Assembly (NCBI GenBank): GCA_963709465.1
Contig: CAVPWF010000001.1
Location: 129,956-193,955 of the forward strand
Source of the DNA: an uncultured Flavobacteriaceae bacterium
Lineage (GTDB): Bacteria > Bacteroidota > Bacteroidia > Flavobacteriales > Flavobacteriaceae
Reading direction: 5' to 3'
Length of the DNA: 64,000 nucleotides
A program made the translations under genes and the position numbers. This document shows, piece by piece, positions 29,020 to 38,525 of this stretch. The notes under the pieces are model-generated. The model made no database searches, was not told where the DNA came from, and worked only from the letters and a program-made list of their open reading frames with translations. Numbering within the stretch: the first letter of the stretch is position 1; every line of letters starts with the position of its first letter.

Positions 29020-30516
29020 ATGTCACTAAAAGCCATTGGAGCAAGACTTCTGGCATGGAGGGTGCATCAGAAAACCCTCAAATGGGCACACAATCCTGTA
29101 GTGGCTCAGCGTCGCACCTTTGACCAACTCATTGAAAAGGGCCGAAAAACGGGCTTCGGCAAAGAGCACGGCTTTTCAGAGATCCGTGAATATTCTGATT
29201 TCTCCTCTCGCGTACCCATAAGGGATTATGAATCGCTCAAACCTTATGTTGAGCGTATTTTCAATGGAGAAGAGAATGTACTCTGGCCGGGAAAACCATT
29301 GTATTTTGCCAAAACTTCCGGCACCACATCCGGTGCCAAATACATTCCAATAACCAGGGATTCCATCAAAGAACAGGTAAGGGCTTCCAGGAATGCCATT
29401 CTCAATTATATCTACAAAACGGGAAATGTACGTTTTGTTAACGGAAAGATGATTTTTCTCCAGGGCAGCCCCATCCTCGATGAGAAGAAGGGCATAAAGG
29501 TGGGGCGACTCTCGGGCATATCGGCCCACTACGTGCCCGGGTACCTTCAGAAAAACCGATTGCCCTCCTGGGAGACAAACTGCATTGAAGATTGGGAAAC
29601 TAAGGTAGACCGGGTGGTGGAGGAAACCATTGACGAGGATATGACGGTCATTGCCGGTATCCCCTCATGGGTGCAGATGTATTTTGAGAAGCTGGTGGAC
29701 CGACGAAATAAACCAATCAGTATTATATTTCCCAACATTCAGCTCTTTATTTACGGAGGGGTCAATTACGAGCCGTATCGCAGCAAATTTGAAAGCCTGA
29801 TCGGCAGGAAGGTGGACAGCATTGAATTATTTCCCGCAAGTGAAGGGTTTTTTGCCTATCAGGATCAGTGGGAAGACCGGGGACTTCTGCTGTTGCTGGA
29901 GGCAGGTATTTTTTATGAATTCATACCTGCGGACACCTTTTTTGAAGAATCCCCCAGACGCCTGACCATCGGCGAAGTAGAATTGGGTATTAATTACGCC
30001 ATGGTGATCTCAACAAATGCCGGACTGTGGGGGTATAATCTTGGGGACACCGTTCAATTCACCTCCCTGCAGCCCTACCGTGTGATCGTCACCGGGCGCA
30101 TAAAGCATTTTATTTCTGCCTTTGGAGAACATGTTATTGCCAAAGAGGTGGAATACGCCATGGAAGAAGCGATACGCAAGACAGGTGCACGCGTCAATGA
30201 ATTCACAGTGGCACCTCAAATACAGACGTCAGAGGGACAGCTCCCCTATCATGAATGGTTCGTGGAGTTTGAAAAAGCCCCTGATAATATGTCGGAGTTT
30301 AAGGCTGTTTTAGATCAGAGTTTGCAAGACCAGAACAGTTATTATTTTGATCTGATTGAAGGAAAAATATTGCAACCGCTGCGTCTTACCCAGATTCAAA
30401 AAGGCGGATTTCAGAAGTATATGAAATCCATTGGAAAATTAGGAGGGCAAAACAAGGTGAAACGCCTTTCCAATGACCGCGATCTCGCTGAGGCCCTTTA
30501 TGCCTATACGCCCTAA
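29020..30516 (+). CDS. GH3 family (acyl-acid amido synthetase-like, adenylate-forming) protein
   Basis: 498 aa. GH3-like blocks (YFAKTSGTTSGAKYIP, FPASEGFFAYQD, YNLGDTV). Starts 5 nt after the M23 gene. Confidence 0.8.
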   Translation: MSLKAIGARLLAWRVHQKTLKWAHNPVVAQRRTFDQLIEKGRKTGFGKEHGFSEIREYSDFSSRVPIRDYESLKPYVERIFNGEENVLWPGKPLYFAKTSGTTSGAKYIPITRDSIKEQVRASRNAILNYIYKTGNVRFVNGKMIFLQGSPILDEKKGIKVGRLSGISAHYVPGYLQKNRLPSWETNCIEDWETKVDRVVEETIDEDMTVIAGIPSWVQMYFEKLVDRRNKPISIIFPNIQLFIYGGVNYEPYRSKFESLIGRKVDSIELFPASEGFFAYQDQWEDRGLLLLLEAGIFYEFIPADTFFEESPRRLTIGEVELGINYAMVISTNAGLWGYNLGDTVQFTSLQPYRVIVTGRIKHFISAFGEHVIAKEVEYAMEEAIRKTGARVNEFTVAPQIQTSEGQLPYHEWFVEFEKAPDNMSEFKAVLDQSLQDQNSYYFDLIEGKILQPLRLTQIQKGGFQKYMKSIGKLGGQNKVKRLSNDRDLAEALYAYTP

Positions 30517-30599
30517 AGCTTCGGTTCTTTTTCTTTCAGACCCCCCTGAGATCGGGAGATTCATGCCGTTGTGAAATACGTTTAACTGAAATTAAAATG

Positions 30600-30607
30600 T
30601 ACTTTTG
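30600..30607 (+). promoter_or_regulatory. putative -7 promoter box (TACTTTTG) for the 30624-33309 gene pair
   Basis: Matches TAnnTTTG and ends 16 nt before the ATG at 30624. I saw no properly spaced -33 TTG. Confidence 0.3.
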
Positions 30608-30623
30608 CGGTACATTTGTTTTC

Positions 30624-32294
30624 ATGGAGGCAACCCGAGCACAGGAATCTACAAACGCGATAGAGCGCATGTACATCACCATGCGCCACCTTTTTAACCG
30701 CGGTTTTTATAAACCGATGGGGGTTTCCGGGGAAACGCTTCGCAACGCCCTGCTCCAGCTTCGCCCTGAAATTTACGGGACCATAGCCGAAGATAAAGCG
30801 GAACTCGAAGGCCTGATCTACGTGCTGGAACGTCTGCCGGAGGGCATTGAGCAGTGCAAATACATTAATTTGACTACGGATGAGGGCTATGGGAGTTCTC
30901 ATTTCAAGCCTATAGTACCTCCAAAGCGCCGCAGGAATTGCTACCGTATTGACGAGGATCAGATGAACATTGAGATTACCCGGGGGCGTTCAGACATTTA
31001 TGATATTCTTACGCACCTCACGTTTCTCTTTATTGAATCGGGTAAAATCGGCAAAAGAGTACTTATCGGGGATACGGGAGTGACTATCCGGGATTGGCAG
31101 AAACTCGAAGCGGCCTATCAGAAGGGCAAACTCTCAGTATCCGATAGGGAAATCGCAATAACACACGCCGCGAATATTTTAAGCCGGTCCTTTGTGGAGA
31201 TTCAAGCGGTTTATGACAAATTCGCGACAAAAAAAGACCCGGAGCGCTTTCTTAAGATAATTTATTGGCTCGGCAAACAGGCTATAGACGAAGAAACCAC
31301 AGGGGAAAAGCGAACGATCACCTTTAGCGCTTTGCTTCGTGAGGGTCTGGGCCATCATATTCATGGGGAACGCTGGGCCGACACCATCAAGAGGGACCTT
31401 TACAAACATGGCCTTATGGAGCGCCCATTGCATGTGATCAGCTCCAACATGCACAGCGTATTGAATACACTCTTTGCCCGTAGTGCATTAAAAAAAGAAT
31501 TCCCTAAAGGCCAATCCCTGGAGATCTATGAGGCGCTCAGTGCCCAGGACAATGGTAAATTGCAGGATAAAGTGCTGGCCATGGCCGCCAAAAACGGGAT
31601 GTATCTGATCGATGACACCTCGGGCGCCAATATTGACGTTCAGATTTTTGATCTTGCCCGATTGCAGGGAGATGCCTGTTGCTATGAAATTCCCGCAGAT
31701 GAGCCTTCCGGCCCACCGGTTATCCTGGTTATGGATTACGCTTTCGGAGAGCAGGCCTATGAGTGTATTGATGAATTATTCAAACCGTTTAAAGGCAATG
31801 GGCAAACTCAGTATCTCGACGTCCGTTCGATTTCAATTATGGGGAAGGCCGGAATTCTGACAGGGGAAAAAGGGGATCTTATGATTCCATCTGCACATAT
31901 CTTTGAAGGGACAGCGGACAATTATCCCTTTAAAAATGAGCTCAGCAAAGAAGATTTTGAAGGCAATGGTCTCTCGGTTTATGAAGGAACCATGGTGACA
32001 GTCCTGGGGACGTCGCTTCAAAACAGAGATATCCTCTCCTTTTTTCAAGAGTCCACCTGGAATGTAATAGGCCTTGAGATGGAAGGGGTACATTACCAGA
32101 AGGCCATACAGTCCGCCTCGAAAATTCGCAAAAGCATACGCCCGGATGTCGCTGTCCGATATGCGTATTACGCTTCGGATAACCCTTTAAAATCCGGCCA
32201 TACACTAGCTTCCGGGGGATTGGGTAAAACCGGCGTCAAACCCACATATCTGATCACTGATAAAATTTTGTCACAAATTTTTAAATCACAATAA
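30624..32294 (+). CDS. uncharacterised protein with C-terminal PNP_UDP_1 / AMP-nucleosidase-like domain
   Basis: Start trimmed to MEATRAQES (an alternative ATG exists at 30597). In the C-terminal ~190 aa the blocks PVILVMDYAFGEQ, SIMGKAGIL, GTMVTVLGTS, IGLEMEG and YYASDNPLKSGHTL follow the order of nucleoside phosphorylase/AMP nucleosidase motifs. I did not recognise the N-terminal ~360 aa. Confidence 0.6.
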   Translation: MEATRAQESTNAIERMYITMRHLFNRGFYKPMGVSGETLRNALLQLRPEIYGTIAEDKAELEGLIYVLERLPEGIEQCKYINLTTDEGYGSSHFKPIVPPKRRRNCYRIDEDQMNIEITRGRSDIYDILTHLTFLFIESGKIGKRVLIGDTGVTIRDWQKLEAAYQKGKLSVSDREIAITHAANILSRSFVEIQAVYDKFATKKDPERFLKIIYWLGKQAIDEETTGEKRTITFSALLREGLGHHIHGERWADTIKRDLYKHGLMERPLHVISSNMHSVLNTLFARSALKKEFPKGQSLEIYEALSAQDNGKLQDKVLAMAAKNGMYLIDDTSGANIDVQIFDLARLQGDACCYEIPADEPSGPPVILVMDYAFGEQAYECIDELFKPFKGNGQTQYLDVRSISIMGKAGILTGEKGDLMIPSAHIFEGTADNYPFKNELSKEDFEGNGLSVYEGTMVTVLGTSLQNRDILSFFQESTWNVIGLEMEGVHYQKAIQSASKIRKSIRPDVAVRYAYYASDNPLKSGHTLASGGLGKTGVKPTYLITDKILSQIFKSQ

Positions 32295-32295
32295 T

Positions 32296-33309
32296 ATGGC
32301 TACACCAGAATCCAACAAACCAGATTCGTCTGACGAGATTGATTTGGGGCAGTTATTCAATCTCATCGGCAAGGGATTTCAGAAGGTCTTTCGCGCTTTT
32401 TTGCGCGTCTACCTTTATTTCAAAAGGAATATTTTTTGGTTTGCCGGACTTGGTATTTTAGGAGTACTAACCGGATATCTTATTAACCAGTTTATTGAAG
32501 ACAAGCTAAAACTCGAGGTGATTGTGAGTCCGACGACGGATGACACCAACTATTTGTTCGACACGCGAGTTTATTTATATGACATTGTAGACGAGATACA
32601 ATCTGAAATTAAAGCCAAAGACACAGCCTTTTTCAGGAGTTTGGGGCTTGATGCAGAAGAAATGAAGGGCTTCGAAATTGACATTGTCCCTTTAAGTTCG
32701 CAGGACAAAGAGCTGCTTGAAGATCAGAGTGGAACCCTTGAAGCGCTCAAGGACTTCGGAAATTCTGAGGCAATCTCGGAGATTCTGCAATCGGAATTTC
32801 GAAAACGGACCAAAAAAGATCAACGAATCACGTTTTACTTTAAAGAAACTACGCCAGGTAAGGAATATGCCGAGAAAATTATTGCGTATATAAATTCAAA
32901 CCCCTATTACCAACAATTATTGCGGATTCAGGAGGACAACGCAGAAAAGCGGATCCAAAAAAACGATTCCCTTTATGGACAAATTGATTTGCTCATTGAA
33001 AATTACACTGCAAAAATAGCTCGTGAACAATCGGGTTCACAGGGCCAGTTTACGTTGGAAAACCAGGAATCCCTGGATATTCCTTCTCTGTTTCGGCTTA
33101 AGAACCAACTCATTGAGGATACCGAACTCAAGAAGCTGGAGATTCAGATGACCCGGGACCCGATTACTATTGTTAATTTCGGGAACCCCCATAAAATCGA
33201 CAAACTCTTATTGCAGAAAAACATCATTTTATTTCCTGGGGTTTTTATAGGACTGTTTTTGTTGTTTTCCGCACTTCAATTTTTGAATCGAAAAGCTATA
33301 GAACTGTGA
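32296..33309 (+). CDS. Wzz/polysaccharide co-polymerase-like membrane protein (no kinase domain)
   Basis: 337 aa. N-terminal motif EIDLGQLFNLIGK followed by a TM helix, a coiled-coil middle region and a C-terminal TM helix (IILFPGVFIGLFLLFSALQF). Its ATG lies 1 nt after the upstream stop. Confidence 0.55.
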   Translation: MATPESNKPDSSDEIDLGQLFNLIGKGFQKVFRAFLRVYLYFKRNIFWFAGLGILGVLTGYLINQFIEDKLKLEVIVSPTTDDTNYLFDTRVYLYDIVDEIQSEIKAKDTAFFRSLGLDAEEMKGFEIDIVPLSSQDKELLEDQSGTLEALKDFGNSEAISEILQSEFRKRTKKDQRITFYFKETTPGKEYAEKIIAYINSNPYYQQLLRIQEDNAEKRIQKNDSLYGQIDLLIENYTAKIAREQSGSQGQFTLENQESLDIPSLFRLKNQLIEDTELKKLEIQMTRDPITIVNFGNPHKIDKLLLQKNIILFPGVFIGLFLLFSALQFLNRKAIEL

Positions 33310-33372
33310 GGGTTGCCTTACAAATGAATGATGAGCAGGCAACACATTTAATTAATTTTAGGCGATTAACTT

Positions 33373-33918
33373 TTGCAGATTGAGAAAACGAATATTCGCG
33401 GCGCTTACCTGATCTCCCCTGATTACTTTAAGGATAGTAGGGGAGGCTTTATGGAGACCTTTAACCAGAGAAAGTTTGAAGACATCCACGGAGGACCCAT
33501 TTCATTTCTTCAGGACAATCAATCGGTTTCCAGAAAATATGTATTGCGTGGGCTGCATTATCAAAAGGGCGAATACGCTCAGGCTAAACTTGTTCGGGTC
33601 ATCTCTGGCAGGGTAAAGGATGTGATTGTGGATATACGAGAGGATAGTCCAAGTTTTGGATTGCATTTTAGTGTGGAACTCTCAGGTGAAAATCGCAAGA
33701 TGTTATTTATTCCAAAAGGCATGGCTCATGGTTTCCTCGCATTGGAAGACAATACGATTTTTGCCTATAAATGCGATGCGTATTACAGTGCCGAGGCTGA
33801 AGGAGGTATTATTTTCAATGACCCGGATTTAGCGATTGACTGGGGAGTCCCTCCAAATGAAATTATTCTCTCTGAAAAGGACCGTCAATTGTCTAGTTTT
33901 AAGGATTTATGGGTGTAA
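33373..33918 (+). CDS. rfbC: dTDP-4-dehydrorhamnose 3,5-epimerase
   Basis: 181 aa, TTG start. Cupin blocks DSRGGFMETF, LRGLHYQ, KLVRVISGRVKDVIVDIR and IPKGMAHGF. Confidence 0.9.
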   Translation: MQIEKTNIRGAYLISPDYFKDSRGGFMETFNQRKFEDIHGGPISFLQDNQSVSRKYVLRGLHYQKGEYAQAKLVRVISGRVKDVIVDIREDSPSFGLHFSVELSGENRKMLFIPKGMAHGFLALEDNTIFAYKCDAYYSAEAEGGIIFNDPDLAIDWGVPPNEIILSEKDRQLSSFKDLWV

Positions 33919-34694
33919 AGCGAATCCTGGTAACGGGAGCAAACGGACAGTTAGGTAAGAGCCTGCGGGATTTGTCGAAATCCTTTTTGGAAATGGATTT
34001 TCTGTTCCTGAACAGGTCCGATCTGGATATTACCAGCGCCATTGAAATTAGGAAATGGTTCCTGAAATATCACCCGGATTACTGTGTAAATTGCGCGGCC
34101 TATACCCAGGTGGATCAGGCAGAGAAAACTCCGTTAGAGGCCTATAATGTTAATGTCAAAGGGGTTGAAAATTTAGTAGCGGCCTGTAAGGAATGGGGCA
34201 CTACTCTAATTCATATTTCTACCGACTATGTGTTTGACGGGAAGAAAAAGCAAGGATATCTCCCTACAGACAAGCCAAACCCAATAAATGTTTATGGCAA
34301 GACCAAACTGGAAGGAGAGCGCGCAATCCAGGAAGGAATGGAGAAGTTTTTTATTATTCGCACTTCTTGGCTGTATTCCAAAAACTATCCTCCCAACTTC
34401 TATTTGACAATCCTGGATAAAGCCAGAAAAGGAGAGCCCTTATCGGTTACAGATACTCAAAGAGGATGTCCTACAGATGCAGCAAACCTGGCACATCATA
34501 TACTTGAGAAAATTCAGTCCGGATCAGACGATTACGGGATTTCTCATTTCACCGACAGGGTTCCCATGACCTGGTATGAGTTTGCCTTGAAGATCCTTGA
34601 AGAAGAGGGATTCAAGGATTATCCCCAACTGGCGAAAGGGGAGAATTATCGTACTTTTGCCAAAAGACCGCAAAATAGCATACTCCGCCCATAG
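33909..34694 (+). CDS. rfbD: dTDP-4-dehydrorhamnose reductase (apparently short at the C-terminus)
   Basis: 261 aa. Contains ILVTGANGQLG, STDYVFDG, YGKTKLEGE and a late FAKRP motif. The ORF stops 8 codons after AKRP, whereas the RmlD proteins I recall continue for ~25-35 more residues. Confidence 0.8.
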   Translation: MGVKRILVTGANGQLGKSLRDLSKSFLEMDFLFLNRSDLDITSAIEIRKWFLKYHPDYCVNCAAYTQVDQAEKTPLEAYNVNVKGVENLVAACKEWGTTLIHISTDYVFDGKKKQGYLPTDKPNPINVYGKTKLEGERAIQEGMEKFFIIRTSWLYSKNYPPNFYLTILDKARKGEPLSVTDTQRGCPTDAANLAHHILEKIQSGSDDYGISHFTDRVPMTWYEFALKILEEEGFKDYPQLAKGENYRTFAKRPQNSILRP

Positions 34695-34741
34695 CCGCGC
34701 AAATATTATGGCCATCAAGAACCAAACCCTCTCCGGCATTA

Positions 34742-36049
34742 ATGGTTAAGCGAATCTTCTTTGTAGGACTTCTAACGGGCCTGGGGCATATCACAACGTT
34801 ATTTTCATTAAAATTTATCGCCAGGCATATACCCGCTGAAAATATTGGCTTTATAGGGGAAATTGATTCTCTGACCCTTCTCTTGGTCTCGGTTATAGCC
34901 TTTGGACTGCAACTTTCATCCACACGGAATATTGCGACTCAGGACAATTGGGAGGCGGAACTACGGGTCACCCAATCCGCGCGGTTTACCCTTGGCTTGT
35001 TGCTATCACTATTCGCCATTACGGGCCTGATGTTTACCAAAAATTATCTTTTCGTCCTGGCTCCTGTAATCGCATTGAATTCGGATTACGCCCTTTACGG
35101 CAGAGGGAAACCTGTGTTGGGAGGCGTCGTAGCGCTGTCTCGCGTTATGATACCGGCTATTACCCTTATTCTGGCCTCTTTATTTTTTAAAGAAGCGATT
35201 ATCCTGCTCTTTTCTTTTAGTCTTTTGGTTACTTATCTGGCTGCTGGAATATTGTCCTCTGCCTTCCTGAAAACCGCTTACTGGGTGGCTCCCAAGTGGC
35301 AAAACCTACGCCTGTATATCTCTAATTTTTCAATAGGCATAGCCAGTTTCGCGTTATTCTTTGTTGGAATCGGGGTTATTAACGTCCTCTCCTATTTTTA
35401 TAACAACGAAACTATCGCCGTTGCCTATATAGCTTTGAAATTTTATATGATCTATAAAGGCGTACGGAGAATTTTGGTACAGGCCTTTTTTAACCAACTT
35501 CTGGACAAGGCGATTTCACTTAAGGTAGACTTTATCGCTATGGTCTCAGGAGTACTTTTTCTAATCTCCATGGTTTTTTATCCGAAGGTGCTTATTGAGC
35601 TTCTTTTCGACGCTTCTTACACAGTTTATTCAGACACTTTTTTGATATTGGGAATGGCGGGTTTTATCGCCTCAATTACCACGAGCGCGGGAACGAGATT
35701 GCTTCTTGAAAATCAAGACGCCGAATACAGCAGGAATCTTATTATTGCCGCCTCAGTAACCATTGTGACTGGTGTGCTGTTGTGGGGATTTCTGGGAAAT
35801 GAACCGGAATACATCGCCTTTTCTGTGCTTTTAGGGGAACTGGTGATTTCGATTCTGAATACCAAGTCTTTAGGAGACTCTAAATTCATAAGTCAACGGG
35901 CGAGGCTAATAATTTATCCTGTTGTTCTGGCAACTATTTTTCTGATTTGCAAAGTGCTTTTGGGCGAGACGGTTTTGGCCTTAGGTATTTCTATCTTCAT
36001 CTTTGGATCAATTCATCTTATAATCTTTCAGAGGAAGATCAATTTTTAA
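34742..36049 (+). CDS. oligosaccharide flippase (Wzx-like, MOP superfamily)
   Basis: 435 aa with ~12 predicted TM helices. Sits in a polysaccharide locus. Confidence 0.7.
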   Translation: MVKRIFFVGLLTGLGHITTLFSLKFIARHIPAENIGFIGEIDSLTLLLVSVIAFGLQLSSTRNIATQDNWEAELRVTQSARFTLGLLLSLFAITGLMFTKNYLFVLAPVIALNSDYALYGRGKPVLGGVVALSRVMIPAITLILASLFFKEAIILLFSFSLLVTYLAAGILSSAFLKTAYWVAPKWQNLRLYISNFSIGIASFALFFVGIGVINVLSYFYNNETIAVAYIALKFYMIYKGVRRILVQAFFNQLLDKAISLKVDFIAMVSGVLFLISMVFYPKVLIELLFDASYTVYSDTFLILGMAGFIASITTSAGTRLLLENQDAEYSRNLIIAASVTIVTGVLLWGFLGNEPEYIAFSVLLGELVISILNTKSLGDSKFISQRARLIIYPVVLATIFLICKVLLGETVLALGISIFIFGSIHLIIFQRKINF

Positions 36050-36052
36050 AAC

Positions 36053-37350
36053 ATGATCGAAACAATTGTTATAACACATGGTTATTCGGATTCGAATAAG
36101 GGAGATTTGGCGATAACACAGGCCACAGTCCTGGGACTAAAACAAACATACCCCTCGGCCTTCATTTATTTGATGTCTACCTTTAGGAAGAAGGATCCGG
36201 ATTTTTGGTATCACAATCGAAAAATGAAAGAGCAGGGAGTTGAAATTCTGGAAGGGATTCTTCCAACGCCCTATATGGGCAGTAACAGCTCTTTTTTTAT
36301 TAATGTCCAAGCCGCACTGCGGTTGATCAGGGATTATTTACAGTTGAAGATATCCATGGGTTCCGACTTCCTTGGCAAAATGTTTGGGGGAGGTCAATAT
36401 AATGCGTTACAAATAATGAAAGCTGCAGATTTGGTTGTTGTAAAGGGAGGGCAATTTATCTATAACGATAAAGAGGACCTCAGAGGGAACCTATTTATGT
36501 GGCGCACACTTCAACCGATTGAAGTCGCAAAGAAACTAGGAAAGAGGGTTGTAGTTCTCGGACAAAGTGTTGGCGGTTTTGCAAGCCAGAAAAGTGAAAA
36601 AAAAAGCAATGAAAAGCCTTGACAAATGCGACCTAATTGTGGTACGAGAAAAACTTTCTTTTCGACTTTTAGAAAAATATGGAATATATCAAAAAGTGTT
36701 AAAACCAGACATGGCTTTTCTAATTTCAAGCCGTTTTGTAGAGTTGGAAGAAAGTCTTTCAGCACATAATCATTTGCTTGGAATAACGGTTGTTAACTGG
36801 TCTTTTCCGGGCAAAAATGACGTTCAGGCTATCCGGACAAAGTACATATCCAACCTTCTGGAAGCAGTTGAGTATGCGTATCAGAAGGAAAATCTATTTC
36901 CAGTATTTATTCCACAGGTTACCGTCAGGCATCATGGCAAAAGCGATCTGGATCTCATTGAACAAATGGGAGTACTGCTCCATAAAAAGGGAATACCCTA
37001 TTTCGTGATTGATCAGGACTATGATTCATCCCAGATGGTCGGGCTATATGCCAAATGCAGGATTCTAATTGGCACGCGACTTCATTCTTGTATATTGGCA
37101 TCAAACGCAGGTACTCCTGTAATAGCGATCCGATATCAAGGATTTAAAACACAGGGTGTCATGCAAACGCTCGGATTTGAAGATTTCGTTCATGATATAA
37201 ACGACCTTCAGGCTGCTGCTCTGAAATCCGACATTACGGGAAATTAATAGCAATTATGAAGAGTATAAGGGAAAAATTGAAGAGAGTGCTTCTCGCCTGA
37301 GAAAGGAAGTGGAAGCCAGCTTTAAAGACCTCCTTTTCTCATTTAAATAG
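36053..37350 (+). pseudogene. polysaccharide pyruvyl transferase, disrupted by two frameshifts
   Basis: ORFs 36053-36622 and 36567-37247 are consecutive parts of one pyruvyl transferase (..VVLGQSVGGFASQKSEKK | AMKSLDKCDLIVVREKLSF.. ; IGTRLHSCILASNAGTPVIAIRY). The first shift lies in an A9 run at 36597-36605, and 8 A would restore the frame. The second lies near 37236-37241, after which the tail continues as REINSNYEEYKGKIEE..LLFSFK to a TAG at 37348-37350. Confidence 0.75.
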
Positions 37351-37414
37351 TAAGGAGATTCTGAAGGAGAAAACGGATATATCGGCCCTGGTTTTTTTAG
37401 GTGTTAAGTCGCTT

Positions 37415-38525
37415 TTGATTTTACTCCTCCTATTCGGATACGCGTTTACCAAATTCAATTTAGCAGGGCCTTTATACCTCTACGATGCGCTATTACTGCT
37501 TTTAGCCATGACCGCCATTTTTGGCATTCGAAGAGCTTTCCAACAGAAGAGTGATCCTCTTTTTGCTCGTTTCTTTTATTTATCTGGTGTTTTCGTTCAA
37601 GTACAATGACGCACCCATTTATGTGGTTCGGCAATACATGATAGTGGGTTACTTATTGCTCACTTATATCCTATTTCAGTGTATTCGCACAAAATCATCA
37701 TTGTTACTTGACTTTATTTATTCCCTGAGTAAATGGGCTTTTATCCTGCAAATTGGCTATCTCATTTTTGTGGTGGTTCGGGGGAATAGCCTGTTTGGAG
37801 ATTTTAATTATTTGTCGCCTTTATCCATCATGCTTTTGCCGGTCTACACTGCCAGGGTCATGGTTGAGCCCATGAGGCAATGGATGAGGTCCTTGCTCCT
37901 GATTCTGGTGGTAGCGCTTTCCACGATGCTTGGGCATTCATCTGCTTTTCTGGCCGTAGTGATAGTGATTTTTGGTTTCTTTGTATACAGAATTAAGAGG
38001 AAACAAGTAGTAATCGGGCTTTCCCTCGCCGGACTCGTTTTGATTTTGTTTTACGTGTTCCTGCCTCAATTCCGCGATGTGAATGCCAACTGGCGCCTCT
38101 TTTACTGGGGAAAGGCCCTTGAAAAGACGGCTGACACTTACTTTATTGGAAACGGGTTTGGAGTTCCTTACATTACTGAACCAGAGATTTATGAGATGAT
38201 TAATATTTTTGGCAATGATAACGACTTGCTGGATAGCCCTGAAGAGAAGTATCTCAAGGCCTATCACAATTCCTTTTTTACGCTCTTTTTCTATATGGGG
38301 GTTTTTGTACTCCTTCTGGCCGGACCTTTTATCGCGTCTTTCGAGTTTTTAAAACAGGGGCTGAAGAACGACAAACAAAAATTTCTGGTTCTTAGTTTCG
38401 TTGGAGTGACCACCTGGAGTTTTTTTAATGTAGTTCTGGAACTCCCGCATTCATCAATAGTATTTTGGCTCTTATTCTTGTTAGTAGCACATCATATCAG
38501 AGGCTTACATAAACCTGAGATTTGA
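37415..38525 (+). pseudogene. Wzy-like O-antigen/EPS polymerase, N-terminus in a different frame (frameshift ~37512-37545; true start unclear)
   Basis: ORF 37415-37609 (LLLLFGYAFTKFNLAGPLYLYDALLLLLAMTAIFGI..) and ORF 37521-38525 (multi-TM, 334 aa) overlap in different frames and read as one polytopic protein. There is no ATG start in the upstream frame. Confidence 0.55.
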
